A stretch of 64,000 nucleotides of DNA from Octopus sinensis (Eukaryota), in NCBI RefSeq assembly GCF_006345805.1, contig NC_043014.1, positions 34,596,001-34,660,000 of the forward strand. Reading direction: 5' to 3'. Below, piece after piece: positions 40,094-50,887 of this stretch. The notes under the pieces are model-generated. The model made no database searches and was not told where the DNA came from. It was given only the letters and a program-made list of their open reading frames with translations. Within the stretch, counting starts at the first letter, position 1. Every line of letters starts with the position of its first letter. The translations under genes and the position numbers were made by a program.

Positions 40094-40842
40094 ATAAATA
40101 TATAAATACAAAATGGGACAAGAACGCAAAACATCCAGACAGTTAAGGTGATACAAAAAAGGGATAACAAAACATCCAGATAAACAATTCAAAGAAAACA
40201 AGAACCATTCATTTGGAGTTTTTTCCTCAGTCAAGTTCTAGATTATCTTTGCAATTTTGGCTGGTTATACTCGAGATTGCTCCAATTTGGCCAGACTCAA
40301 GGAAAAACTAAGCTAAGAGCATTAGAATTGGAAGACAGCAGCGAATGTATACGAAAACAAGGAAGGAAAAAAAATGGAGAATGTTACACAAATACAAATA
40401 ACAGGATATAACAACTGGTGTCTTTCGACTAAGGATGAATTAAATTCAGCTGGTGTGTGTGGAAATAAAGCCTTATGGTAGGGATACAAGATTTCACAGG
40501 TGCAGGGAGGAATATAGATGTTGCATGGACGACGGCAGAACCAAGAAAGAAAGATCAGGCTTGGCTGAACACCAGTCACATGGGGAGAGAAGAGAGAGAG
40601 GTAGAGGCAGAAGGACAGAAGAATGAAAAAGGGGTGAGAAAAAATGACAAGGACACAGTAAAGTGAAAAGAGGAGGGAAAGTGAGCAAGAAGAGAAGGCA
40701 GGGATATGTGAGAGGGGGGAACAAAAGAACGTAGAGTGGAATGAATAATCATGAAAGGGCTGACAGAAAGAAAGAATAGAGTCGTACAAGATTTAGATAA
40801 ATATATACTTACATATAAGAGACTAAAGTGTACGTACACTGC

Positions 40843-40880
<38 letters not shown>

Positions 40881-40971
40881 AAGGGAAAGTTTACGAAAAT
40901 AAACAAAAGATGAAGGCAGGTGGAGTACAAATAAACAAATGTATTAGTATAGCGCTCAGGAATAGAAAAAG

Positions 40972-41009
40972 TCTTTTACGTTTCAAGCCTACGCTCTTCG
41001 ACAGAAAGA
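40972..41009 (-). ncRNA. Variant minimal hammerhead-like motif
   Basis: Minus: TCTTT-CTGTCGA-A-GAGC(gtag)GCTT-GAAA-CG-T-A-AAAGA; 5-bp stem I, palindromic stem III, GUA triplet, A6U change. Confidence 0.55.
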
Positions 41010-41544
41010 TACACAGAAAAAAACAAGGAGAGAAAAAAATGCGTGTAGGAGCTAACGAGGAAGACATCGCATTTCTCTGAGTAAAATGCCAAGGTTGGTT
41101 CCTTCAGGTGGTGTGTTTTTTTTTGGTAAACTTCCTTTAGCTCCCATCCAAATGTTACAGTTTATTTCTTGGCTACTTAGAGTGTAAAGCATAATATTAT
41201 CAATATATATATATATATATATTACCCCAAAAAAAACACACCATCTGAAGGAACCAACCTTGGCATTTTACTCAGAGAAATGCGGTATCTTCCTGGGTAT
41301 CATATCTCTCCTTTTATTATATATATATATAAATGAGAGAATATATACAGTCAAAAGTAAGATGGAGTATGATTCAACAAATTTTTTATGACCATTACAC
41401 ATGTTTCGATACAATTAAGGAACTCTTCCTAAGACCAACCACTTTACTGAGTGTGCTGGGTGCTTTTATGCAACACTGGTGCAGGTGCTTTTATCTGATA
41501 GCATCGAATTCAGATATTTACTTATAGAGGCAGGGATTTTTATA

Positions 41545-41655
41545 TCTCCTGAGGAGATACAACTAGATCCTATTATACAGGTATACCTCTACTTAATTTA
41601 AATTTAAATCCTGTATATATGTGGATCTATGTAGTATCGAAACATGTGTTGTGGT
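41545..41655 (+). ncRNA. Hammerhead-like motif with long stem II, in a module with a 5' inverted partial copy
   Basis: CTGAGGA-GATAC...GTATC-GAAA-CATGTG-TT; 41348-41411 is a diverged reverse complement of 41634-41697. Confidence 0.55.
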
Positions 41656-41861
41656 CCTTAAAAAGCTGTTGAATCTTCCTCCATCTTACTTTTGACCCTA
41701 TTTATTCTTTCATTTTTATTTTTCACACATAAAGAATGCCTAAACCTAGAATTGGTAGTATACCATAATACTGTTGGGTATCTGGTAATTCTAAGGGTGA
41801 ACGAGTTCCATATTGTACTCTAATATGTTCTTAATGGAATACATCTGAACTGATATATATA

Positions 41862-41900
<39 letters not shown>

Positions 41901-42003
41901 TTAGGGAGTAAATCCAAACTTACAGAGAAAAATTAGATTTAGGATTAAATCCAATTTTACAGTATAAATAAATTTACCTAATAGTGGTTTTATCTCTAAT
42001 TTA

Positions 42004-42029
<26 letters not shown>

Positions 42030-42035
<6 letters not shown>

Positions 42036-43382
42036 AAAGGGCTTAGTAAAATAAATTACTTTGCCGCATACTGAACTCATTAGAAATAGCGAGAGAGATT
42101 TTCTTTAAGTATTAGAAATAGCCTTAAAAAGTTTTTTAGCTGCTATTTCTATGAGTTCAGTATGCGGCAAAGTAATTTATTTTACTAAGCCCTTTTATAT
42201 AATGTAATAATTTGAATTCGCCTTGAATGGTCCCTTTGCATACTGAACACTTGGTGAAATTGATTAATAATTAATTAATTTTGCCCTCAATTGTTGAAAT
42301 TATAATTAATCTCCCTCTGATTAATGCTTCGGATTTTACCGAAATAAGCATAGTGTTTGATGATTTTAACCCACGCTGGTGGAAAGGGGAGAACAGAGAT
42401 TCTTCGCTTGCTTATTTTGAATTTGTTGCACTGTTAGTTGGGAGCAGATCTTCGAAAGGGTATGTTCTTATTTTCAGTGTTTCCAAATCCAAACCAAGGA
42501 ATTTCTGAGCCGATGATAGAAATGTTGTTTTGACTAATCTTGAAACGTACGTTCTCGAATAACCTTAGCATTTGATTTTTCGATGTCCTTACCCCCAAAC
42601 TTTTGTGAGTTGAATTAAGCAACACTATATATGAGAGAGATTTTCTTTAAGTATTAGAAATAGCCTTAAAAAGTTTTTTAGCTGCTATTTCTAATGAGTT
42701 CAGTATGCGGCAAGTAATTATTTTACTAAGCCCTTTTATATAATGTAATAATTTGAATTCGCCTTGAATGGTCCCTTTGCATACTGAACACTTGGTGAAA
42801 TTGATTAATAATTAATTAATTTTGCCCTCAATTGTTGAAATTATAATTAATCTCCCTCTGATTAATGCTTCGGATTTTACCGAAATAAGCATAGTGTTTG
42901 ATGATTTTAACCCACGCTGGTGGAAAGGGGAGAACAGAGATTCTTCGCTTGCTTATTTTGAATTTGTTGGCACTGTTAGTTGGGAGCAGATCTTCGAAAG
43001 GGTATGTTCTTATTTTCAGTGTTTCCAAATCCAAACCAAGGAATTTCTGAGCCGATGATAGAAATGTTGTTTTGACTAATCTTGAAACGTACGTTCTCGA
43101 ATAACCTTAGCATTTGATTTTTCGATGTCCTTACCCCCAAACTTTTGTGAGTTGAATTAAGCAAACACTATATATGAGAGAGATTTTCTTTAAGTATTAG
43201 AAATAGCCTTAAAAAGTTTTTTAGCTGCTATTTCTAATGAGTTCAGTATGCGGCAAAGTAATTTATTTTACTAAGCCCTTTTATATAATGTAATAATTTG
43301 AATTCGCCTTGAATGGTCCCTTTGCATACTGAACACTTGGTGAAATTGATTAATAATAATTAATTTTGCCCTCAATTGTTGA
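42030..43382 (+). repeat. Tandem ~542-bp repeat (2.4 units) with a 61-bp inverted 5' stub; one hammerhead-like motif per full unit
   Basis: Units start at 42091, 42633 and 43176; 42030-42090 is the reverse complement of ~42141-42200; motifs at 42503-42559 and 43045-43101. Confidence 0.9.
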
Positions 43383-43385
43383 GAG

Positions 43386-43417
<32 letters not shown>

Positions 43418-43957
43418 ATAGGAAAAATTTTTTTTAAAATGCAGAATGCTCAAATGAAAGAAAATTTTAATAAAATGAGAAAATGATAAAATATATAAAT
43501 ATATATTTATTCAACCGGTTTTCGTCATTGTATGACTTGTCAAGAATATTTATGTTTTAAGAAGTTATTTTAAAAATTAGAAAGGGGAAAAAAAGAAAAT
43601 TGCATTGTTTTTTGTAAAAGAATAATGATAAAAATGTACAAAAATTAAAAAATAAGTTCTCCGATACATTGTGAGTTCGTTGTGTATCTTGAGTTTTATG
43701 GTTGTTTACCAAAAAATTACCTTGAGGTGTTAAGATCCAAAGGGATTAAGAGCATGTGATGTGTTGTGTTGTTAAATTCAGCATGTTGCAGGACAGGAAG
43801 TAGTAGTAATTGTGGTCCTGGTTCTTCAGTTCCTGTGTTGTGGGTAAGGGGAGACAACTCTTTTGAGTTCTTCAATAAAACCCAAATTATAAAACTATCA
43901 TTTTAGCTTCATTTGCATTATCTTTTTTATATAATTGCTTGTTAACTTAACTTTCAG

Positions 43958-46900
43958 AAAACAACCATCATCAACAACTTTCGGATAAAATTGATGTAAA
44001 CCTAAACGAAATCAACACTACACTGAAAACTCTACTTTCGGATAAGATAGATGTAAACCTAAATGAAATCAACACTACACTGAAAACTCTACTTACCAAT
44101 TCAACGCCAAAGAGACCTCAGACACCACTCAACACACAGAAGGAACACATTTCAACCCCAGCACAATGCATTAAAAACCAGATCATCACTACTTGGACTA
44201 AGAAACTACAACAAACAGAAAACTTCTCTTCTGGAACATGCTCAAAAACCAAAACAAAGCTGAAATTTACGACAAATGGTTAAACTCCTCCCCTATCATA
44301 CTACCCCGAAAATTCCAAATCAAACACATCCCAGACGAACTGAAAAACAACGCTCCCTAAGAGAAAAACTAACATTGGAAAAAATGAAAACCGAAGTAGA
44401 ACTTCTAAAACTCAGAGCACAAAACCACGAACAAAAATACACAAAAATAGACGATGAGATACTTCTAGAACTAACCACACACCAATGAACAGCCCCTCGA
44501 ACTTGTTATTAAACTATGGAAAGATGAATGTGAAAAGGAAGAACGAACCTCCCTCAAACGCTGGGAAAACAACAAAGATTTCTTCCTCAACTATGAAACA
44601 CAATTCATATTAAACCATAAATCCAAAAACCCATTCATAAAAGTACCCACAACACAGACTCCACTGTACCCCATAAACACCATTCCAAACCGCACCTCAA
44701 ATACACATACTCTCCAAACCCCTACTAAGAGGACACAACCTCCCCCAACCATATAAAAAACCTTTTCCCCCCCGAAACATCTCAAACAAGACCCACCACA
44801 AAACCTGGTTTTCCAATCACTCTAACACCCCTCCCCCACCGATTAGAACCTTCAAGAACCTCCCATACACTAGAAATTATCCCCCCCTCAAGGCTCCCCT
44901 CCCTCACACTAATAACAAACAAGGCATCCTACCTACACCGATACATATAAGACCCACCCAACGAACCCCTATAGTCCACCCATCCAACAACCACATTCCT
45001 ACCACATCTCCTACAGATCTCCAAACCCTCACATCCCACACGAACCCAATCACCAAACTACATACCCCCCTACATCCCCCCATACAATCTACCAGTCACA
45101 CACCCACAAACCCATCGCATTTCTCACAAATCCTTACACCATCGCATCCCATACCAACACAAATACGACAACTATCTACCCCCCTCCAACCTCCCCACCC
45201 AAAAACACTCCTACACATACAACCAGAACCTAACAAAGAATACACCCCTTACCTCAACAACCATTTTTTAGACAGAGGGGAAAATACAAACACCACCGCT
45301 AACACAGACCCAAAATAAGAAAACAAAAATTATAAACCTCTCCAGCAAAACACTGACACCAACCCAAATCAACATCCTAGCAAGAGGTTTGAAATTCACA
45401 CCCACCCCAAGAACACCCAACCCCCCAGAGGTCTAGGATGACGTTTCTGAATTCTGCAGAAAACTTCGCCTAACAGAAGCTTTGACAGATATCAACAATG
45501 GGGACGATTCATTGATCAGAAATAAAAGCAACTTCCTACCACCAAAAGGGAGAAATAAAACACTGGACGATTTCTGTAAACACATCCAGAGTCTCCCCTT
45601 TACCCCAAGCAAACCAAGGTAAAATCCAATTTCAGTAAGGAAGAATGGGAAAACCTACGTGACATACAACTGGATAAAAACCTCACCATCAAAGAAGCGG
45701 ACAAAGGGAGTGCTGTGGTCCTTATGGACACGGAATTTTATAAACACCTAGTGTTCTCCATGCTTAACAATAACATTTTCTATGAGGTTATTAACAACTA
45801 CAAACAGCAAAAAACAATCAGAAACCTCACCACACTCATACGCCAACACGGTCAGGGACTCACAGAAAAAAAAGGGATTATATCACCATTTTCAAATGCA
45901 AGCCCAGCCTTTTTTATGGCCTTCCTAAAATCCATAAAAACAAATACATCACCGAAGCCTGCAAACTCTCCACTGACATCTACATCAACATCAAAGCACC
46001 GAGGACCTAAAACTAAGGCCCATCGTGGCTGGTACCTCCTGTGAAACACACCGCCTGAGTAACTTCCTAGACATCCTTTTGAAACCTTTCCTTACCCACA
46101 TCAAAAGTTTCATTAGGGATGATCTGGACATGCTCAAACACCTCCCGAAAACAGTTAACGAGGAGGCACTCCTGGTATCCTTTGATGTCATCAACCTCTA
46201 CACCAACATTCCACACGAGTATGGTATAGAGGCAATTGACTTCTGGCTAGAAAAACACCCAGAGACATTCCCTGACCGCATTAACAAGTCTTTTATTACA
46301 GAATCTCTTAAGTTCATTCTGACAAACAATTTTTTTCTCTTCGACGACACACACTACCGTCAAAAATGTGGCATTGCGATGGGTACCAAGGCTGCACCAG
46401 TCCTTGCGAACCTCATAATGGGTTACTTACGAACTGTCACTCTATGAAATATCAAGCCAGAAATTTGGACATGTTTTCCACACCTACCTAATGGAAAACT
46501 GGAAAAGGTATTTAGATGATTGTTTCATCATATGGAAAGAACCTTATGAAAAACTCCTGGAATTCAAAACCATACTAAACAACAACATACTCCACATCCA
46601 ATTCACTATGGAATTAAGCAAACATCATCTCCCATTCCTTGATCTCCTAATTATAAAAACACCTAAGAACCAAATCATAACAGACATCTACCACAAACCT
46701 ACAGACTCACAACAATACCTCCTCTTTAGTTCATGCCACCCAAAACACACCAAGACAAATATCCCTTTCAATTTAGCTAAAAGGGTATGCACCATTGTCT
46801 CGGATCCAAAAACACGAGAAATACGCCTTCAAGACCTCAAAAAAACACTATTACAACGTCAATATCCCTCCACCCTTATAGAGTATGGAATAAAACGCGC

Positions 46901-47578
46901 CAAAGAACTAGACAACACTACACTGAAAACCACCCAACCTAACACCACACACAACCTCAAAATACTTCCATACATTTCCACCCACAACCCCAAAAATATC
47001 GAAGCATACACCACAATCATACAAAACCTCAGTCTACTGTCAACAGACCCAAAAATGAAAAACATTATAAATACACACAAAATCCTCAAATGCAAAAGGC
47101 AACACAAATCTTAAAAAAACTCTTGACAAATGCCAAACTTCACACACCACATCCACCCCCAACAGTAAAAAAATGTGCACGCTCAAACTGTGGTACCTGC
47201 CCCTTTCTACTTGAAGGCTCTGAATTTACCTTCAAACAAGGTACGAAGTTTAAAATCAAGACTAACTTCTCCTGTTCCTCCGAGAACCTTATCTACGTTC
47301 TCACATGCGCTGGTTGCCAACATAATTATGTTGGACAAACGAGTCTCCCGTTACGTAAACGAGTAACGGTGCATAAAGAACAAATAAATCTCCCGGAATA
47401 CCGACAAATTCCACTGAGTGACCACTTAGACTCATGTGCTAAAGACTTAAACCCCAAATTCTATATATTCCCCTTCTACCAATGTAAAGACGGGATCACC
47501 ACACAGGAGAGAATTAACAAGGAGAATCTCTTTATTGAAAAATTCCAAACACAACTTAATATGCAAACTCCTCGTTGA
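43958..47578 (+). pseudogene. PLE polyprotein (~1200 aa if repaired): N-terminal domain, P/T/N-rich linker, RT, Cys-rich linker, GIY-YIG endonuclease
   Basis: Motifs KIINLSS..ARGLKFTPTP, IKEADKGSAVVLMD, SFDVINLYTNIP, GIAMGTKAAP, WKRYLDDCFIIW, LPFLD, YHKPTDSQQYL, CARSNCGTC and YVLTCAGCQHNYVGQT; several 1-bp frameshifts and one TAG (45434-45436). Confidence 0.92.
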
Positions 47579-48209
47579 TCAAACTTCCTTTCTCTACCTC
47601 ACTCTTCATGGATGGACTAACACAAATATATAAAGATACCATGCATTCATCACTTCAAGCTAAAACTTATATTCTTTAAATATCATTTTTACTATTGTTG
47701 TTATTACTATCATTTTTATTATAAATGATATGACAATTTGAAATGCAATTGTCTATGCAGATTTATATTATTAGAAAATAATATAAATAAAGTGTTAAAA
47801 TCTGAAAGTTAAGTTAACAAGCAATTATATAAAAAAGATAATGCAAATGAAGCTAAAATGATAGTTTTATAATTTGGGTTTTATTGAAGAACTCAAAAGA
47901 GTTGTCTCCCCTTACCCACAACACAGGAACTGAAGAACCAGGACCACAATTACTACTACTTCCTGTCCTGCAACATGCTGAATTTAACAACACAACACAT
48001 CACATGCTCTTAATCCCTTTGGATCTTAACACCTCAAGGTATTTTTTGGTAAACAACCATAAAACTCAAGATACACAACGAACTCACAATGTATCGGAGA
48101 ACTTATTTTTTAATTTTTGTACATTTTTATCATTATTCTTTTACAAAAAACAATGCAATTTTCTTTTTTTCCCCTTTCTAATTTTTAAAATAACTTCTTA
48201 AAACATAAA

Positions 48210-48250
48210 TATTCTTGACAAGTCATACAATGACGAAAACCGGTTGAATA
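48210..48250 (+). ncRNA. Hammerhead-like motif with U3-A8 core in the PLE 3' repeat (mirror copy at 43508-43548 on the minus strand)
   Basis: TATTC-TTGACAA-GTCA(tacaa)TGAC-GAAA-ACCGGT-T-GAATA; 5-bp stem I, 4-bp stem II, palindromic stem III, one extra A. Confidence 0.65.
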
Positions 48251-48393
48251 AATATATATTTATATATTTTATCATTTTCTCATTTTATTAAAATTTTCTT
48301 TCATTTGAGCATTCTGCATTTTAAAAAAATTTTTCCTTACTTATCATTTCTCCACGTGCGGTCAACACAACCCACCACCATTTATTGATCTAT

Positions 48394-48440
<47 letters not shown>

Positions 48441-48511
48441 TACTGTGACTTTTCCAAGTTTATTTGCCTTTTTACTATTTTTTGATTTGTATGGACTCTC
48501 AACCACTTTTC

Positions 48512-48567
<56 letters not shown>

Positions 48568-48668
48568 GAAAAGTGGTTAAGAGTCCATACAGATCAAAAA
48601 TTATAGTTAAAAAGGCAAATAAACTTGGAAAAAGCACAGGAGTATATTTCAGAGAATGCTGAATGACA

Positions 48669-48703
48669 TATAACCGGTTTTGATGTATCCATCTTATCAA
48701 ATA
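48669..48703 (-). ncRNA. Second U3-A8 hammerhead-like motif from a different, older PLE-like remnant
   Basis: Minus: TAT-TTGATAA-GATG(gata)CATC-AAA-ACCGGT-T-ATA; same core and palindrome, different stem II; G12 lost. Confidence 0.5.
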
Positions 48704-50238
48704 ATAGAAATAATTCTTTTGAGAGTCAGAAAGAAAACATTTTGTGTGGGGTTTAACAGTTTGTACTCATATTTGAGTTCTTAGTGAAATTTTGCTTTGG
48801 AGCCATTCTCTTATAAATGTTTTGTCTATGTAGGTTTGGGGTGTGGTTCAAGAGTTCAAGTTTCAGGAACTCTTTTCTTCTAATATTGTTTGTTGGTGAT
48901 TCTGTAAAGTATGTTTTGTTTGAGTTCCTTTAACTAATTGGGCAGATTGTATAGGGTAAGTTGTGGGAGTTCAGTTAATTAATTGGGCAGGCTGTATTGG
49001 GTGTCTTGTTTGAGCTTCTTCAGTTAATTGGACAGAATGTATAGGGTGTGTTGTTTGAGTTCCTTTAACCCTTTAGTATTTAAACCGGCCATATCCAGCT
49101 AAAATATTTAATCTGTTTTATGTTCAAACTGACCAGATCCAGGCCCTCACACCTACCCTACAATGTTATTCTACATTAAGTAATTACACCAACAAGATCT
49201 TGAAGATATGAGATAATGCATGATTAATTCAAATCAATGTGAATCAATAAACATTATGTTTGATAGAATAATCTGAACATTAATTGGCTAGATTGTATGG
49301 GATGTGTTGTATGCAGAGAATATACCTTTTGAGTTGAGTTGTTGAATTGAAAGTGTCTTGTGTAAGAGGTGAGCTGTACTTAACAGGATTGCTTTTGGAT
49401 TGTGTGCAACATTGTGACCTCTGACATATATTTTGATAGTTTTGTTTATATTATTTTATCAAAATGCTCCAGTTATTATTCGTGTTATCACTGTTATGCT
49501 CCTCTTCCTGCTTATTTCAATTCAATGAAGGTCCTTGAACTTGACAGTTTTGCCGTCGTCTTCCAAGTAATGTTTTAGTCAGAAGGGATCAAAATGTCTC
49601 AGAGTATAGACATTTTTGTTCAGTCCTTTATTAATGCATCTATGGATAGTTTGCCTTGATCTACTTGTCAGTTTGGATAGACATGTTCCTAATGATAATT
49701 GTGGCCAGATCATTGTTATATATTTATACTGCTTCTTATTAGTTTCCATGGCAAATTGTTGGCATATTACCCAGTGAACACAGCTGCTAACTCAAACATG
49801 TCTGTGAATATACTTACATTTGAGATATACTAAGTAGCGGGGAAATAATGTGGTCAATTGTCTCATTACACAGGCGGCATAGCCTATATCTTATTTCATT
49901 ATTTTAATTTGTAATTATTTCTGACTGTGCAACTAAAGTAAGACCTTCTGTTTCTACTTTTAGCCCAAAGCTTTTTGAGCCATTGATTAATGTTTTTTTT
50001 TTCCCGCTTTCATCTAAATATCTTTAGGAATTATTTTCTGATTTTGTTTTTTGCCTCATCTTAAACTCACCCTGTTATTTTGTTTTTATCAAAAACTTTT
50101 TCTTTCACTTGGTAAGTTTCCAGTTTGAATTTTATTCTTCCCTATTATTGAGAGAAAAGTTTAATTTTCTTCATTATTCTAATTTCTTGAAAATATGCTA
50201 TTTCTTTTAACTTGCTTCTAAGTTTTTTCTTGTCCCAC

Positions 50239-50887
50239 CAGTGGCAGCTCATAGATAAAATTCAGAAAAAGGAAACAAACATATAAAAAGACAATTTATA
50301 CATAAACTTGATTGGTTCATGTTTTAGCCATTGGTGGGTAGTGTGTATAATTTGTTCACTGAACACCACTATGAATTCCCCCTTGTTTTTCGAAAATCCC
50401 CACTAAATCACAAAATAAGGGGGCGGGGGAAATGTACCCTATTTTTCAAATCCTGGTTGCAACACTGAAGCTGGAAGCAGGATAATAATCTAATTCTACA
50501 CTTTATCACATTCAAGAATATAAACAAGCTTTTAAGCACAACACACACAGAGTCAAAAAGAAACACTACTTTTCACCGGCACTGCGTGAATGACAGTGCT
50601 GTCTCTCCCTAGCATGAAGCTTCCTGTCTTGGATATGTGAGCATGTGCACAACAGCCAAACATCATGTCGCTGGAACTGTGAAGCGCACAGTTCTATACA
50701 AGGATTTTTGTATTTTTGTCATAAACTAGGGGATGGCTACTGACATTAAGCTTAAGGATTATATAATGTACAAGTATAAAGAAAGAATTAAAGAAAAAAG
50801 GACTCATTATATTGAATGTTATCAATAATATCCAGTGGAAATAGGGGGTGCTGCAGTTCCGCAGTGCCTATACATGAGCAACCACTG
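50239..50887. mobile_element. hAT-like MITE
   Basis: CAGTGGCAGCTCATAG / CTATACATGAGCAACCACTG ends; TSD TGTCCCAC / AGTCCCAC. Confidence 0.65.

Larger units (their letters stand above)
38010..40095. repeat. Large (TA)n/(TATG)n microsatellite fields interrupted by PLE-derived modules
   Basis: Directly visible. Confidence 0.95.
43420..48390 (+). mobile_element. Near full-length Penelope-like retroelement with ~538-bp terminal inverted repeats, inserted in (TA)n
   Basis: 43420-43958 is the reverse complement of 47801-48337 (2 single-base indels seen); PLE ORF between them; TA runs on both sides. Confidence 0.93.

Noticed and set aside
37865-40170. Long ORFs (436 aa and others) rich in I/Y/M/V/C
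   Set aside because: Stop-free translations of (TA)n/(TATG)n microsatellites.
40200-40235. Minus-strand CTGAGGA as another hammerhead
   Set aside because: No downstream GAAA or pairable stems in this copy.
42281-43164. Duplicated 60-78 aa ORFs in the 542-bp repeat as a tandem gene family
   Set aside because: Frames differ between units through 1-bp indels, no domain was recognised, and the flanks show PLE-type repeat signatures.
46445-46447. In-frame TGA in the PLE RT as possible selenocysteine
   Set aside because: The conserved protein continues in another frame after a 1-bp insertion near 46430, so the TGA is out of frame.
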